DNA of 64,000 nucleotides from Octopus vulgaris (GCA_951406725.2 OX597816.1:14570001-14634000); one strand, 5' to 3'; shown: positions 12,983 through 26,577, counted from the stretch's first letter. Numbers and translations: made by a program. The notes: generated from the sequence alone by a model not told the origin.

Positions 12983-14093
12983 TCGTAGTCTCTCTCAGAT
13001 CAGCGATAGTTACATCACACCCCACTAAAAAGCTACACCTTTGCTATCCAAGAACAGAGCATAGCTCCCAAATACCTGAAGAACCAGCGAGTTAAGGATG
13101 CCTCCACACTTCCACGTTGTGATAGAAAATATAAACTGCGCCACCCACGTCATCATCAACTGTTCAAATATGTCCTCCAGGTGATATTACCTTGCCATAT
13201 GACATGAAATTATCACTAAAACAATTTACAATGCTATTCGCAGGAAGGATTGTCCTAATAGCTATACCAAATGTACACCAGAATCAGAATGCATTCACAC
13301 CTTTAAAAGTACAGAATAAGACTGGCGCTCCGTCGGTTACGGCAACGAGGGTTCCAGTTGATCAGATCAACAGCCTGCTCGTGAAATTAACGTGCAGGTG
13401 GCTGAGCACTCCATAGACACGTGTACACTTAACATAGTTCACGCCGGGTGAAAGGTGTAGCCGTATTTTGTCTGCCGTTACGTTCTGAGTTCAAAATCCC
13501 GCCGAGGCCCACTTTGCTTTTCATCCTTTCAGGGTCGATTAAATAAGTACCAGTTACGCACTGGGGTCGATGTAATCGACTTAATCCGTTTGTCTGTCCT
13601 TGTTCGCCCCCTCTGTGTTTAGCCCCTTGTGGGTAGTAAAGAAATAGGTATATAATGTGACAAGGCTGGCCCTTTGAATTGCAGGTACAACTTATCTTTT
13701 GTCAGTTAAGTGGACTGGAGAAAAGTGAAATAAAGTGTCATATTCAAGGACGCAACGCGCCACTGGAAATCGAACACATGACCTAACGATCGTTAACCAA
13801 TTACCCTAACCGCTAAGCCACGCGTCTTCAATAAAAACAACTTTGTGTAAGTACTATAGGTTAGACATTGCTATATGGGACAAGGAGCAAATTTAGAGGT
13901 CAAGTGTTCAGCGAATGGAATGTTTTGTTGAAATTTGTGGAACAAGTAGAACAACTATGAAGAACTGATAAGAAACGTACAGCTCTTGTATCGAGAGGAT
14001 AGATTTCTATTTGTGCCAATTACCATAGGTGCATTTGGCTACGAAACAACAGATTTGGAGGGAAAACTAGTAACGGTGTGATTCCGCCCCACC

Positions 14094-14126
<33 letters not shown>

Positions 14127-14205
14127 ACTGAGCAAACTAATTCACATCTCCGAATATAGTTGATTAGCGGAACGGTAAAAATTTGTAAAAGCATTCCAGG
14201 GATTC
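12983..14205 (+). mobile_element. Older R4/Dong-like fragment (zinc-knuckle region to endonuclease), interrupted by nested SINEs at 13320-13830
   Basis: Remnant peptides AIQEQSIAPKYL, HVIINCSNMSSR.YYL, DIAIWDKEQ, LFVPITIGAFGY and ISGTVKICK. Confidence 0.62.
13440..13650 (+). mobile_element. SINE A nested in SINE C
   Basis: Family A central domain and tail inside a minus-strand family C copy (13320-13830). Confidence 0.82.
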
Positions 14206-14236
14206 CTCATCCGAGATCCCTGGGGTGAACACACAC

Positions 14237-14467
<231 letters not shown>

Positions 14468-14499
14468 ATAGAGAGAAAGACCGCGAGAGAGAGAGGGGA

Positions 14500-14855
14500 C
14501 GCAGGCGTGTCTATACGATAAGAAATTTGCTTCCCAGCCAAATTGTTCTGGGTTCAGTACTACAGCATAGCACCTTGGGCAAGTATCTTTTACTATAGCC
14601 TCAGGGTAGACGGAAACTGAAAGAAGCCCATTGTATATGTGTGTGTGTAGTCGGAGGGTGAGGGCTAAATGTGCGTATCTTTGCGTCTATGTTTGTTTCA
14701 CACCACCGCTTAGCGGTTCGATGAAATGTGACCGGTAGAATAAGTACCAGGCTGAGAAAAAAAGTACTTTGGTCGGTCCATTTGACTAAGAATTCTTCAA
14801 GGCAGTGCCCCAGTATGGCCGCCGTCTAATGACTAAAACAAGTAAAAGATAAAAT
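14500..14855 (+). mobile_element. SINE B, diverged
   Basis: Family head, core and tail are recognisable. Confidence 0.75.
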
Positions 14856-14904
14856 ATAACACACACATACACACGCACACATACACACACACACAAACGT
14901 CAGT

Positions 14905-15037
14905 ACATAAGGGCAAATACAAGGTGAAAAAAATAGTACTCGAATACTAAAGGCAGAGTAATATAGGTTTTATTAAAGCTGCAAAACTATCATGGCACTG
15001 TTACTCCTAGTTTCACATTCCCGTTCGTCGGACAGTT
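14905..15037 (-). mobile_element. Penelope-like end, family P3, with hammerhead-like motif at 14998-15035
   Basis: Minus strand CTGT CCGACGA ACG-GGAA-TGT GAAAC TAGGA GTA ACAG; homologous to 36554-36694. Confidence 0.6.
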
Positions 15038-15422
15038 ACTCTTTTACTCTTTTACTTGTTTCAGTCATTTGACTGCGGCCATGCTGGAGCACCGCCTTTA
15101 GTCGAGCAAATCAACACTAGGACTTATTCTATCGGTCACTTTTGCCGAACCGCTAAGTTACAGGGGCGTAAACGCACCAGCACCGGTTGTCAAGCGATGT
15201 TGGGTGGGGGACAAACACAGACACACAAACATATACATACTCACATATATATATATATATATATACATACGACGGGCTTCTGTCAGTTTCCGTCTACCAA
15301 ATCCACTCACAAGCCTTTGGTCAGCCCGAGGTTATGGTAAACGACACTCGCCCAAGGTGCCACGCAGTGGGACTGAACGCGAAACCATATGGTTCATAAG
15401 CAAGCTACTTACCACATTGCCA
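15038..15422 (-). mobile_element. SINE B
   Basis: Reverse-complement match, converging on the 14500 copy. Confidence 0.85.
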
Positions 15423-15752
15423 CCCCTCTCAATAATTTTTTATCTGTGCACCCCCCACCCATAGCTGTTTGATGTTTAAAACTAGTTTTATAGAAACTTC
15501 TTTAAAAATCCCTATTTTGTTTTTTTCCACACATTAACTTGTGTAGGTTTTACTATGTAAAATGTTAGAGAAAGAAACCTAGCTGTTTCTTGCAATACAT
15601 GCATACATCAAAAGCAAAATGTTTTCAGGGGCCCTTAAAATACTATTCTGGATCCCCAATTTACTATTTTGTTATGTAGAGACCCTAAAATCTTTTAAGG
15701 ATTCTCAGAGTATTGAACCCGGTTGAAAACCATTAAAATAGACGAAGTAGAC

Positions 15753-15881
<129 letters not shown>

Positions 15882-15882
15882 T

Positions 15883-16478
15883 GTTTCTTTATTAGCCGCA
15901 CAGGGCTGAACACAGACGGGACAAATTACAAAGTAGAGCTTTTCTTTTTGGGGAGAAAAACAAAAGTGGGGTAGGTTTTCGATCAAAAGGATCGTAAAAA
16001 GGAAAGAAAAATGAATTGATAGATAAGTTTCTTTATTGGCCACACAGGGCTGCACACAGATGGGACAAGTTACAAGGTAGAGCTTTTCTTTTGGGGGAGA
16101 AAAGAAAAAAAAAAAAAGGTGGCGTAGGTTTTCGATCAAAAGGGATCGTAAAAGGGAAGAAAGAACAAAAAAAAAGGAAAAAAGAAAAGAAAAAGGAAAA
16201 GGAAAAAAAAGAAAAAGGGAAATAAAAGAAAATAAAAATGAAAAAAGAAGAAAAAAAGAGGAAAAAAGAGGGAGAGGAAAAAAAACGATCAATAGGGATC
16301 ATGTATCACAGTGTCATGATGTATGGTGTAAAGGGGAAAGCAAGTAAGATTTATCCGTGGGAAGAAAAGCCTACGAAAAAGACCACGGTAACCTTGGTCA
16401 ATATTGTTATATGTTACCACATTTGTTTGCGAGTGGGTAACCCTCTGTTTTCAATTTCTGGGTTCATAGGATTATGCT
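15883..16478 (-). mobile_element. Non-LTR element 3' UTR (possibly L1/Tx1-like) with tandemly duplicated terminal ~135 bp, in (GATA)n
   Basis: The minus end ...TTGTCCCATCTGTGTGCAGCCCTGTGTGGCCAATAAAGAAAC is present twice, with GATA arrays on both sides. No coding sequence was seen, so the clade is inference. Confidence 0.5.
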
Positions 16479-16485
16479 GATAGAC

Positions 16486-16559
<74 letters not shown>

Positions 16560-17196
16560 TAAAGCAGGGAAAGACAAATTTCTACGTAATGAAGTGTACA
16601 AAGTTACGTATATATGTCGGTAGGTTGGCATGTAAATAAATAGGTAGGTCGGTAGATATCGGTAACTGCGGCAGTACTGGAATGTTTTCACGTCAAATGG
16701 TAGACAAGATGAATGAACCACGCGTTTGGTGGTTTCTTGATTTGCCTACCTCTCTGTCTCTCTGTCTGTCTCTCTTTCACTCTTCCTCTCCCCCCACTCC
16801 TCCTCTCCCTCTCTCTGTTTGTCTGTCTGTGAATCTGTTAGACTGAGTGTCTGGCTGTCTGGCTTATTTGGGTGGCAGTATGTCAGAAAAAAACTGGAAA
16901 TAATAACTAAAGACAGCAATGTGGTTGAACCATGCGATGGAGTTGTGACAAAGTTTTCGATTTTGATTATTCGCCAGAGTTGGTTGGTTATTAAATCACT
17001 CGTTTTGTGTATGCTTAGTTAAACAATGACGTTAACATAATTGCCTTCTAAACGCAGGGGTGACTGTATAGATGAAAAGCTTGCTTCCTCGCCTCATGGT
17101 TCCAGATTCAGTCCTACTACGTGGCATCTTGAGAGGGTGTTTTGACTGTAGTCTCAGGCAGACCAAGGCCTTGTGAGTGAACTTGGCAGATGGAAA

Positions 17197-17254
<58 letters not shown>

Positions 17255-17395
17255 TAAATTAGGGTATCGACGAGATACCACCATGCTGAGAATAGCAGCC
17301 ATGATCAGACTCTAAAACCATCTTAATTTTCCATATCGCAACACGGAGAGAAAACAAAGAGACAAGATGAAACTAGTAAAAAATTACTGGATAAT

Positions 17396-17449
17396 TCTAG
17401 ATCCCGGATTTCTGATTTGCATTTAGGAATGCTTTGCCTCGTCAGTAGA
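17396..17449 (-). ncRNA. Hammerhead-like motif, partly decayed stem II
   Basis: Minus strand TCTA CTGACGA GGCAAAGCATTCCTAAATGCAAATCA GAAAT CCGGG ATC TAGA; stem I is TCTA/TAGA and the cleavage triplet is AUC. Confidence 0.5.
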
Positions 17450-17482
17450 ATACACACAGAAAAGAAACACAAATACATATAT

Positions 17483-17815
17483 CACCTTGGGCAAGTGTCT
17501 TCTACTATAGCTTCGGGCCGACCAAAAAGCCTTGTGAGTGGATTTGGTAGACGGAAACTGAAAGAAGCCCGTCGTGTATATGTATATATATTATGTGCGT
17601 GTGTGTTTGTGTGTCTGTGTTTGTCCCCCTAGCATTGCTTGACAACCGATGGTGGTGTGTTTACGTCCCTGTCACTTAGCGGTTCGGCAAAAGCGACCAA
17701 TAGAATAAGTACTGGGCTTACAAAGAATAAGTTCCGGGGTCGAGTTGCTCGATTAAAGGTGGTGCTCCAGCATGGCCGCAGTCAAATGACTGAAACAAGT
17801 AAAAGAGTAAAAGAG
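17483..17815 (+). mobile_element. SINE B, 5'-truncated
   Basis: Core through to the (AAAAGAGT)n tail. Confidence 0.85.
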
Positions 17816-18466
17816 TATATATATAAATACAACATACGAATACTTACATATACGAACGTATACATACATATATATGCACGTATGCATCATGGCCAGTTCA
17901 AAATGCCCGCCGTTTAATCCCATTTGAGATATGGTCAAAATATCACCGCAGTAAATACAATGACGAAATAAATTTAAATTTATATAAATAAGGATAAGAG
18001 CGTTAATTTAAAATAAAATAACGATTTTATCAAGTGGCCAGTATGGTTTTAGAGTCAGATCATGGCTGCTATTTTCAGCATGGTGGTATCTCGTAAATAC
18101 CCTAATTTATAATTTTGATAATTATTACCTTTGAAGGTTATTTTTTCCATGCTGGCCACTTGATAAAATCGTTATTTTAAATTAACGATCTAATGTAGGA
18201 TAAAATTTTTTCGAAAAAACATTTTATCAATGGCCAGCATATTAAAAAATACCTTTAAAGGATAAATTATAAACAACTTATAAATAAAGGCAAACGAAAA
18301 AATTTCTAATACCAAATATGCCGAAAATTGGACATATTGTCCATTTACCATATAATTTTTCGAGTAGCGTGCGTACTGGGGAAAAAATTACATGGTAAAT
18401 GGACAATATGTACAATTTTCGGCATATTTGGTATTAGAAATTTTTTCGTTTGCCCTTATTTATAAG

Positions 18467-18516
<50 letters not shown>

Positions 18517-18529
18517 TTTATAGAAGGAG

Positions 18530-18576
18530 CTTCTACAGGACTAGAACTGTTTCATTCAAATGAAATCGTCAGGAAG
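18530..18576 (-). ncRNA. Type-I hammerhead ribozyme motif (left arm of palindrome)
   Basis: Reverse complement of 18577-18623, with CTGACGA in place of CTGATGA. Confidence 0.75.
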
Positions 18577-18623
18577 CTTCCTGATGATTTCATTTGAATG
18601 AAACAGTTCTAGTCCTGTAGAAG
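18577..18623 (+). ncRNA. Type-I hammerhead ribozyme motif (right arm of palindrome)
   Basis: CTTC CTGATGA T TTC-ATTT-GAA T GAA ACAG-TTCTAGTC-CTGT A GAAG gives a canonical core, stems I and III and a GUA site. Confidence 0.75.
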
Positions 18624-18707
18624 CTCCTTCTATAAAATAAATTAATTTACTCTGCTATGTATTGAGTACCTTATTTACTGTGGTTAACCCTGACTCAACC
18701 CGGGACC

Positions 18708-18765
<58 letters not shown>

Positions 18766-19392
18766 TCCTACATGCAAGCATGCATACAACAATACATGTA
18801 AACACATATGTACGCTGATCAAGGAGCGTTTGCGAGCGTATGTGAGAAACAGAGATGGAGAGAATAAGTGCGCATGCGCTATTATGTTTGTATTATTGTA
18901 TATGTTATTTCAGAAGCCATATTATATTTCTAGAGAGCGGCGTACTCAGGTAACTGTTTAGTTTTCAAGAGATCTCTGTGAAATATCTCAAGTCTCTGAT
19001 TAGATTTACACAAGACTGAAACTAAACAAGAGTTACATCACGAAGATACAACGTTGATGAGAGTTTGAGTGTGTACGCATGCGTCTGTTTCAGGGTGTAT
19101 CTGTCTGCGTGTGCGTGCGCGTGAAACGTGGCTTATTCAACCAGGCTGGCTGAATAAATCGTTACGACGAAATTTGATATTTCTGTCAAAACTAAGTTGT
19201 CTAATAAATTCGACTCTACTCTCGCTATTGGGTCCTCGGTCGTCAGTGAATATTCTGTTGTTATCCTTAAAATATCTTTAGCAGCCACAGTATTAACTTC
19301 CATATACATATGAGTTGTGGTGTGCGTGCGGTTGCGCGTTTGTGTGTGGATGTGTACGTGTGTGTAAGTCTAATCGTCTGTGTAAGTCTAAT

Positions 19393-19425
<33 letters not shown>

Positions 19426-19569
19426 CGAAGTACATAGGTAGACAGACAGACATACAGAAAGATAGATAGATAGAGAGAAAGAGAGAGAGAGAGCGAGATT
19501 GAAACAGACAGACAGACAGATAGATAGACAGTATATTTTTATATATATATATATATATCCTTTCAAAAT

Positions 19570-19899
<330 letters not shown>

Positions 19900-20274
19900 T
19901 AGATACAAACGTGTAAGCATACGTTTACGATGTTACCAAATGCATGTAAAAAGAAAACATCGTTTTTTTCTTTAAGCAACATTTGTTGAAAATGCCCTGT
20001 AGACTACAGCTATTGTAGCTGCTGTCAAGTGAGCTCTCTTGGAATGTGTAACCTAATACAAAAGGCATATGTAAATAAAATGTCTATGCGATCACCTGGA
20101 TAGACAGAAAAAGGGGGATCAATTTGAGAATTTTCAGAGACCGTGTAGCCACGACCCTTTTTGATACCGAAATATTCAATAAGTTTGTCACTACAATTAG
20201 GGATTTCATTATACGAGAGAACCCAGATTTATGCATTTGTACATACATAAATACAAACATAATATATATATATA

Positions 20275-20483
20275 ATGTATGCATGTATGTATTTATGTAT
20301 GTATTTATGTATGTATGTATGTATGTATGTATATATGTATGTATGTATGTATGTATTTATGTATGTATGTATATATGTATGTATGTATGTATATAGGTAT
20401 GTATGTATGTATGTATGTATGTATGTATGTATGTATGTATGTATGTATGTATGTATGTATGTATGTATGTATGTATGTATGTA

Positions 20484-20518
<35 letters not shown>

Positions 20519-20540
20519 TTGTTTGTATATATGTATGTAT
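20275..20540. repeat. (TATG)n microsatellite
   Basis: Direct reading. Confidence 0.97.
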
Positions 20541-20688
20541 GGTAGTATATATGTATTCTTTTTTAGCAACAGGGTATTTCCAAGCATATAAAGATTCACT
20601 GTTCCAAGAAAAAGAATTATTTCACGTTCGCTCAACAGTTTATAAAATTTTATGACGGCAACATTGTTTACGTGTATGTATATGTGAA

Positions 20689-20779
<91 letters not shown>

Positions 20780-21626
20780 ATGAGTGTGTGTGTATTGAAA
20801 TTATTAGTGCAGATGTGCTGCCCAACGGATTTTCCAATTTAGTCCCAAATACAAGACCTAATTCATTTGGTCCCTAATCACATTGGAAAAGCAATATAAA
20901 TAGTTGTATTTCTACCTGCCACCCCCTCTCCCCCTCTTTCTCTCTTTCTCTCTCCCACTCTCTCTCTCGTAACCTGGTTACTAGTAAGTAGTAAGTATAT
21001 CTCTTTGGTATATCTCGATTAGGCTGATGTGTGTACAAGTAATACACCACAGCAAGAATTAAGCTGAGTATAGTGCAAAGAAAGGAGAATATTAGTTGCT
21101 TAGAGTTACGAGCAAAGGAAAGAAAATATAATAAACAACATTATTACTAAATTACTATTTATATTGCTTTTCCAATGGATAAGAATACAAAATAAATACA
21201 GTTATTTCGTGAGAAAAGCACAGACTAAAATTCATTCAACGTTTCGGACAGAGATCTTTTCTCAAAATCAGATGGCAGCGGCAAAAGACTGTTGAACAAA
21301 AACAAAGAATGGTGGTAATTTCAGTTAATGCAAACTGGTGAATGGAAAAGTGGAAGTTGATACAACGGAATTGGGGTGATTGGAATTCTTCAGCCAAAAG
21401 AGGGACATGTGAGGAATATAAGGGTGACATGCATGAAAATTAAGCATGAGAGGATTTCATGCTTATGTGTATCTATGTTTGGAAGTGTATGTTAGCATAC
21501 TGAGCAATTTCAAGTGCTTATCCAAGAATACAATGTGCTGCTTAAAGTGCCAACGCTGCGCATTTTTGGATGCCGGTGAAACTGTTTGATACCTGGTTGG
21601 TCCTTTAAGGAAACATGCAGGCCTGA

Positions 21627-21690
<64 letters not shown>

Positions 21691-22244
21691 GAGTGAGAGA
21701 GCAGTTCATGCCATCAAAGTGACACTGGGGTAAAATATACGAAGCCCAATATACCCATCATGACTACCCGTCTGATAAAGGCACACCAGGCACATGCATC
21801 ACAACCATATGTGCGCGACATGGTGATCTCATATCAAGATAAACAGCACATGACCTTGCAGGTGGGGCCCAGTTAGAATTTTCTTCAGGTTGAGTAGCCC
21901 ATCCCGCTCAAACGGACCCTGAATAAGGGTTGTTTAAGGATGTTGAAAGAACCACCCATGTTTCCAGAGGTGAATTATTCAAACCCCAAAGAATCCCTCT
22001 CAACACATGGCTATGATGCTCCCCCACTACTTCTGCTCGTGATCAGAGATGCACATATCGTCAGCCACTAAGGGACATGCTCAACTGGTTAAGGTCAAAC
22101 AACTGACAAGCAAATCTGTGGTATTGAGCAGAATATTTGCTGTAGCCCATCTTTTATACCAAGACAAAACAATGTACATGATAACACTTCCAATCAGTTA
22201 AGATCAGAACCCATGAGAGCCATTGCCTGGTACTGCATCAGGGC

Positions 22245-22247
<3 letters not shown>
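21691..22247 (-). mobile_element. ~557-bp non-coding element inserted in (TAA)n (family T)
   Basis: Near-identical copies at 22288-22690, 23855-24410 and 48913-49461, all bounded by ATT/AAT arrays. The strand was chosen so the flanks read (AAT)n. Confidence 0.8.
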
Positions 22248-22287
<40 letters not shown>

Positions 22288-22689
22288 GAGTGAGAGAGCA
22301 GTGCATGCCATCAAAGTGACACTGGGGCAAAATATACGAAGCCCAGTATACCCAGCAGGACTACCTGCCTGATAAGGGTACACCAGGCACATGCATCACA
22401 ACCATGTGTGCGCGACATGGTGATCTCATAACACGATAAACAGCGCATGACCTTGCGGGTGGGTCCCAGTTAGAATTTCCTTCAGGTTGGGTAGCCCATC
22501 CCGCTCAAAAAAGGTCCCTGAGTAAGGGCTGTTTAAGGATGTTGAATGAAACACCCGTGTTTCTAGAGGTGAATTATTCAAATCCCAAAGAATTCCTCTC
22601 AACACATGGCTATGATGCTCCTCCACTATCAGAGATGCACATATCGTCAGCCACTAAGGGACATGCTCAACTGGTTAAGGCCAAACAAC

Positions 22690-22690
<1 letters not shown>
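22288..22690 (-). mobile_element. Family T element, truncated tandem copy
   Basis: Same GAGTGAGAGAGCAG end as 21691, bounded by (ATT)n. Confidence 0.8.
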
Positions 22691-22761
<71 letters not shown>

Positions 22762-23854
22762 AACTACGCTGCAATAAAGGAACGAACTAAAATTCATTCA
22801 ACGTTTCGGACAGTGATCTTTTTATCTAGAACAAATGAGGAAATGGCAGCGACAAAAGACTGTAGATCAAAAACAAAATGGTGCTAATTTCAGTTAAAGC
22901 AAAATGGCGAATAACAACATACAACTCGATACTTGCGACATTGCATAACACCACAGAGCTTTCGTTCGCCTCGTGAGCAACAATTAATTTTTCGGTTAAA
23001 CCAGCTGGGATTAATAATCGATTTGCCTGGCGCTACAAACATTTCCTTCTCCCTTAACACCTCATATAACGATAAACTATCTCACGTGCACTTCACCTTC
23101 TCCGTCTTCACACATGCAACCTCATAATACATCACAAACCACTCCTCACTAACAAACACAGACTCATACATTCACTACCAAATTACCGTACCGTACCGCA
23201 TGCAATTATGCTCTGATCACACCACCCATAAAGTGCTCACTATATCCTCCTTTTGCTTTCCAGAACAAACAACCGTACACTAAAACTACATACTCACACA
23301 TTCCCTATAGACACAAACATATAACATGTTCTCACATTTCTTTAAGCCTTTCCATGCTCATTCCGCTTATCTTTCCCCCACCTCTTGCTCTTTTGGCTGC
23401 AAAACACCAAAACACCAATCTACACACTTCCGCCTAATCCTTTTCTACTCTTCCATTCACCATTTTGTTTTCGTTATAATCAACACTGTTTTTCACTTAA
23501 CATTCTTTTACCTTTGCTTCTTCAGTTCTTCTGTTATTAACGATGAACTACTGTCTGACATGTTGAATTCTCTTCCGTTCCTTCATTGCAGCGGAGTTGT
23601 AATAATAATAATAATAATAATGATAACATGGTGATCTCATATCAAGATAAACAGCACATGACCTTGCAGGTGGGGCCCAGTTAGAATTTTCTTCTCGTCG
23701 AGTAGCCCATCCCACTTAAAAGGCCCCTAAATAAGGGTTGTTTAAGGATGTTGAATGAAACACCCATGCTTCCAGAGCATGGAAAGGTTTAATGATAATG
23801 ATAATGATAAAGATAATAATAATAATAATAATGATAATGATGATAATAATAATA

Positions 23855-24410
23855 AATGCCCTGATGCAGTACCAGGCAGTGGCTTTCATGGCTTCTGATC
23901 TTAACTGATTGGAAGCGCTATCATGTACAATGTTTTGTCTTGGTATAAACGATGGGCTGCAGTAAATATTCTGCTCAATAGCACAGATTTGCTTGTCAGT
24001 TGTTTGACCTTAACCAGTTGACCATATCCCTTAGTGGCTGACAATATGTGCATCTCTGATCACGAGCTGAAGTAGTGGGGGAGCATCATAGCCATGTGTT
24101 GAGAGGGATTCTTTGGGGTTTGAATAATTCACCTCTGGAAGCATGGGTGTTTCATTTAACATCCTTAAACAACCCTTATTTAGGGGCCTTTTAAGCGGGA
24201 TGGGCTACTCGACGAGAAGAAAGTTCTAACTGGGCCCCACCTGCAAGGTCATGTGCTGTTTATCTTGATATGAGATCACCATGTCGCACAATCTGGTTGT
24301 GATGCATGTGCATGGTGTACCCTTATCAGACGGGTAGTCATGATGGGTATAGTGGGCTTCGTATATTTTACCCCAGTGTCACTTTGATGGCATGAACTGC
24401 TCTCTCACTC
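23855..24410 (+). mobile_element. Family T element, full length, opposite orientation
   Basis: Reverse complement of 21691-22247 with (AAT)n flanks. An inverted internal fragment lies at 23626-23777. Confidence 0.8.
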
Positions 24411-24426
24411 AATGATAATAATAATA

Positions 24427-24458
<32 letters not shown>

Positions 24459-24662
24459 GGTGGTGGTGGTGGTGGTGGTGAGTGGTTCCTGTCATACGCC
24501 AATCAAGTCCAGGCAGCATAGGTTGCCTCAGCGTTCTCAGCTGACGTCAATCCATTAACACCCGACCCAGGGTTATGACTTCAAGATACTCCCACCTAAA
24601 GTTAACTCTAATTTGAAATCGATTTTATCTTTACCTCTTCGTATTAGCCTGGACTTTGTTTC

Positions 24663-24899
24663 AAATACCTATTTTTTACTGCCCACAAGGGGCTACACAC
24701 AGAGGGGACAAACAAGGACAGACTAACGGATTAAGTCGATTATATCGACCCCAGTGCGTAACTGGTACTTAATTTATCGATCCCGAAAGGATGAAAGGCA
24801 AAGTCGACCTCGGCGGAATTTGAACTCAGAACGTAGCGGCAGACGAAATACCGCTAAGCATTTCGCCCGGCGTGCTAACGTTTCTGCCAGCTCGCCGCC
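24663..24899 (-). mobile_element. SINE A
   Basis: Full-length match to the family; flanking repeat TTTGTTTC. Confidence 0.88.
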
Positions 24900-25436
24900 T
24901 TTGTTTCGCATACCTTCGCACCACTGTAACACCAACAACACCAATAATATGAATACTACTTACTACTACCAACCTTTACACTTTACACAATTACTACTAC
25001 TATTACTAATACTACTACTGCTGCTGCTGCTACTGCTGCTGCTACTGCTGCTGCTGCAACATCTGTACTATTTTTCAATGATACACACTCCCCACTTATG
25101 TTCTTCCATCCACAATGCTGCTTTCGCTGTAATCAATGGGTTTTTTTGGGGCGAATTTTTTGCTAATTATTTTTCTCTTTATTTTTTTCATCTATTGCTG
25201 TTTTTGACGAAGGACAACTGTCCGAAACGTTGAATCCTCTTCTCTTGCTTCCTTACAACATTATTATACTGACTTTGCGCCATCATTCACTGTTCCGTTT
25301 TCTCTTGATTTTTTCCCCTACTTCTTGTGACTCTAATTGAATATAACTACACTAATTCAATCAATTCAGATTACCACTGGATTTATTTTATTAACCGAAA
25401 AAATTTTACCACCTTTTCGACAACGGCAATGTTGCA

Positions 25437-25835
25437 CTGGCTGTGTGGTAAGTGCTTGCTTACCAACCACATGGTTCTGGGTTCAGTCACACTGCGTGGC
25501 ACCTTGGGCAAGTGTCTTCTAATATAGCCTCGGGCCGTCTAAAGCCTTGTGAGTGGATTTGGTAGACGGAAACTAAAAGAAGCCCGTCGTATATATGCAT
25601 ATGTATATATATGTGGTTTGGGTTGGTGTGTCTGTGCTTGTCCCCCCCTCCCAACATCATTTGACAACCGATGGTGGTGTGTTTACGTCCCCGTAATTTT
25701 AGCGGTTCGGCAAAAAGAGACCGATAGAATAAGTACTAGGCTTCCAAAGAATAAATCCTGGGGTCGATTTGCTCGACTAAAGGCGCTGCTCCAGCATGGC
25801 CGCAGTCGAATGACTGAAACAAGTATAAGAGATAA
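25437..25835 (+). mobile_element. SINE B
   Basis: Near full-length match. Confidence 0.87.
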
Positions 25836-26348
25836 ACGAGACATTTTGCAGTGATTTAAAATGGGTTTTCTATGGGTTAACAGAAAACCCATTAACAATA
25901 TGAGGCTGCTAACAAGATAGAACTGTTATTTCAGTGAGTTATCGTTACGACCTCTATTACGCTTAATGGCTGTATGATAACGCTCATAAATGTTTGTTTC
26001 ATGTTGTTGAATCCTATATAGATTTAACCTTTATGTTGATGTGAATATAAAAAAGGGGGCCAAGTTTCACCTTGCCAATGAAACACCATGAATGTCATTG
26101 GATGTTGTGAAGTTCATATGACTTGCTTAGATTCACCTATTGATATTTAGTGGGTAAACCAGGTTTGGATACATACACACGCATGCGCAGATATATATCA
26201 CCTTGTGTCTGTGTGTGTATCTTTATGTATGTATATATATATTTATCTGTGTGTGTGTCTATGTAGATTGTAAGTCTTTGTCCTCTCTTAGTCACCATTA
26301 AAAGCAAATTTCATCACAGATTTTCTCCTCTATATGTTAAAGTGACCA

Positions 26349-26577
26349 GGCGGCGAGTTGGCAGAAACGTTAGCGCGCCGGGCGAAATGCTTAGCAGTGT
26401 TTCGTCTGCCGCTGCGTTCTGAGTTCAAATTCCGCCGATGTCGACTTTGCCTTTCATCCTTTCGGGGTCGATTAAATAAGTACCAGTTACGCACTGGGGT
26501 CGATATAATCGACTTAATCCTTTTGTCTGTCCTAATTGTCCTCTCTGTGTTTAGCCCTTGTAAGCAGTAAAGAAATG
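26349..26577 (+). mobile_element. SINE A
   Basis: Full length, with an 18-bp TSD TATATGTTAARGTGACCA. Confidence 0.9.

Larger units (their letters stand above)
18511..18710 (+). mobile_element. Penelope-like terminal repeat with 5' inverted copy, in (TA)n
   Basis: A 66-bp inverted arm is followed by the direct copy, ending ...CCCGGGACCTAC(AT)n. The same end occurs on the minus strand at 43131-43253. Confidence 0.65.
22925..25350 (+). mobile_element. Decayed Penelope-like element (GIY-YIG C-terminal remnant to terminal repeat), interrupted by younger insertions
   Basis: 22965-23030 translates, with a frameshift, to REQQLIFRL..PAGINNRF, resembling Penelope endonuclease C-termini. A hammerhead-like TTGACGA A GGAC-AACT-GTCC GAAAC GTT GAAT lies at 25204-25235. 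Inverted related ends are at 21225-21340 and 22785-22915. Confidence 0.45.
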
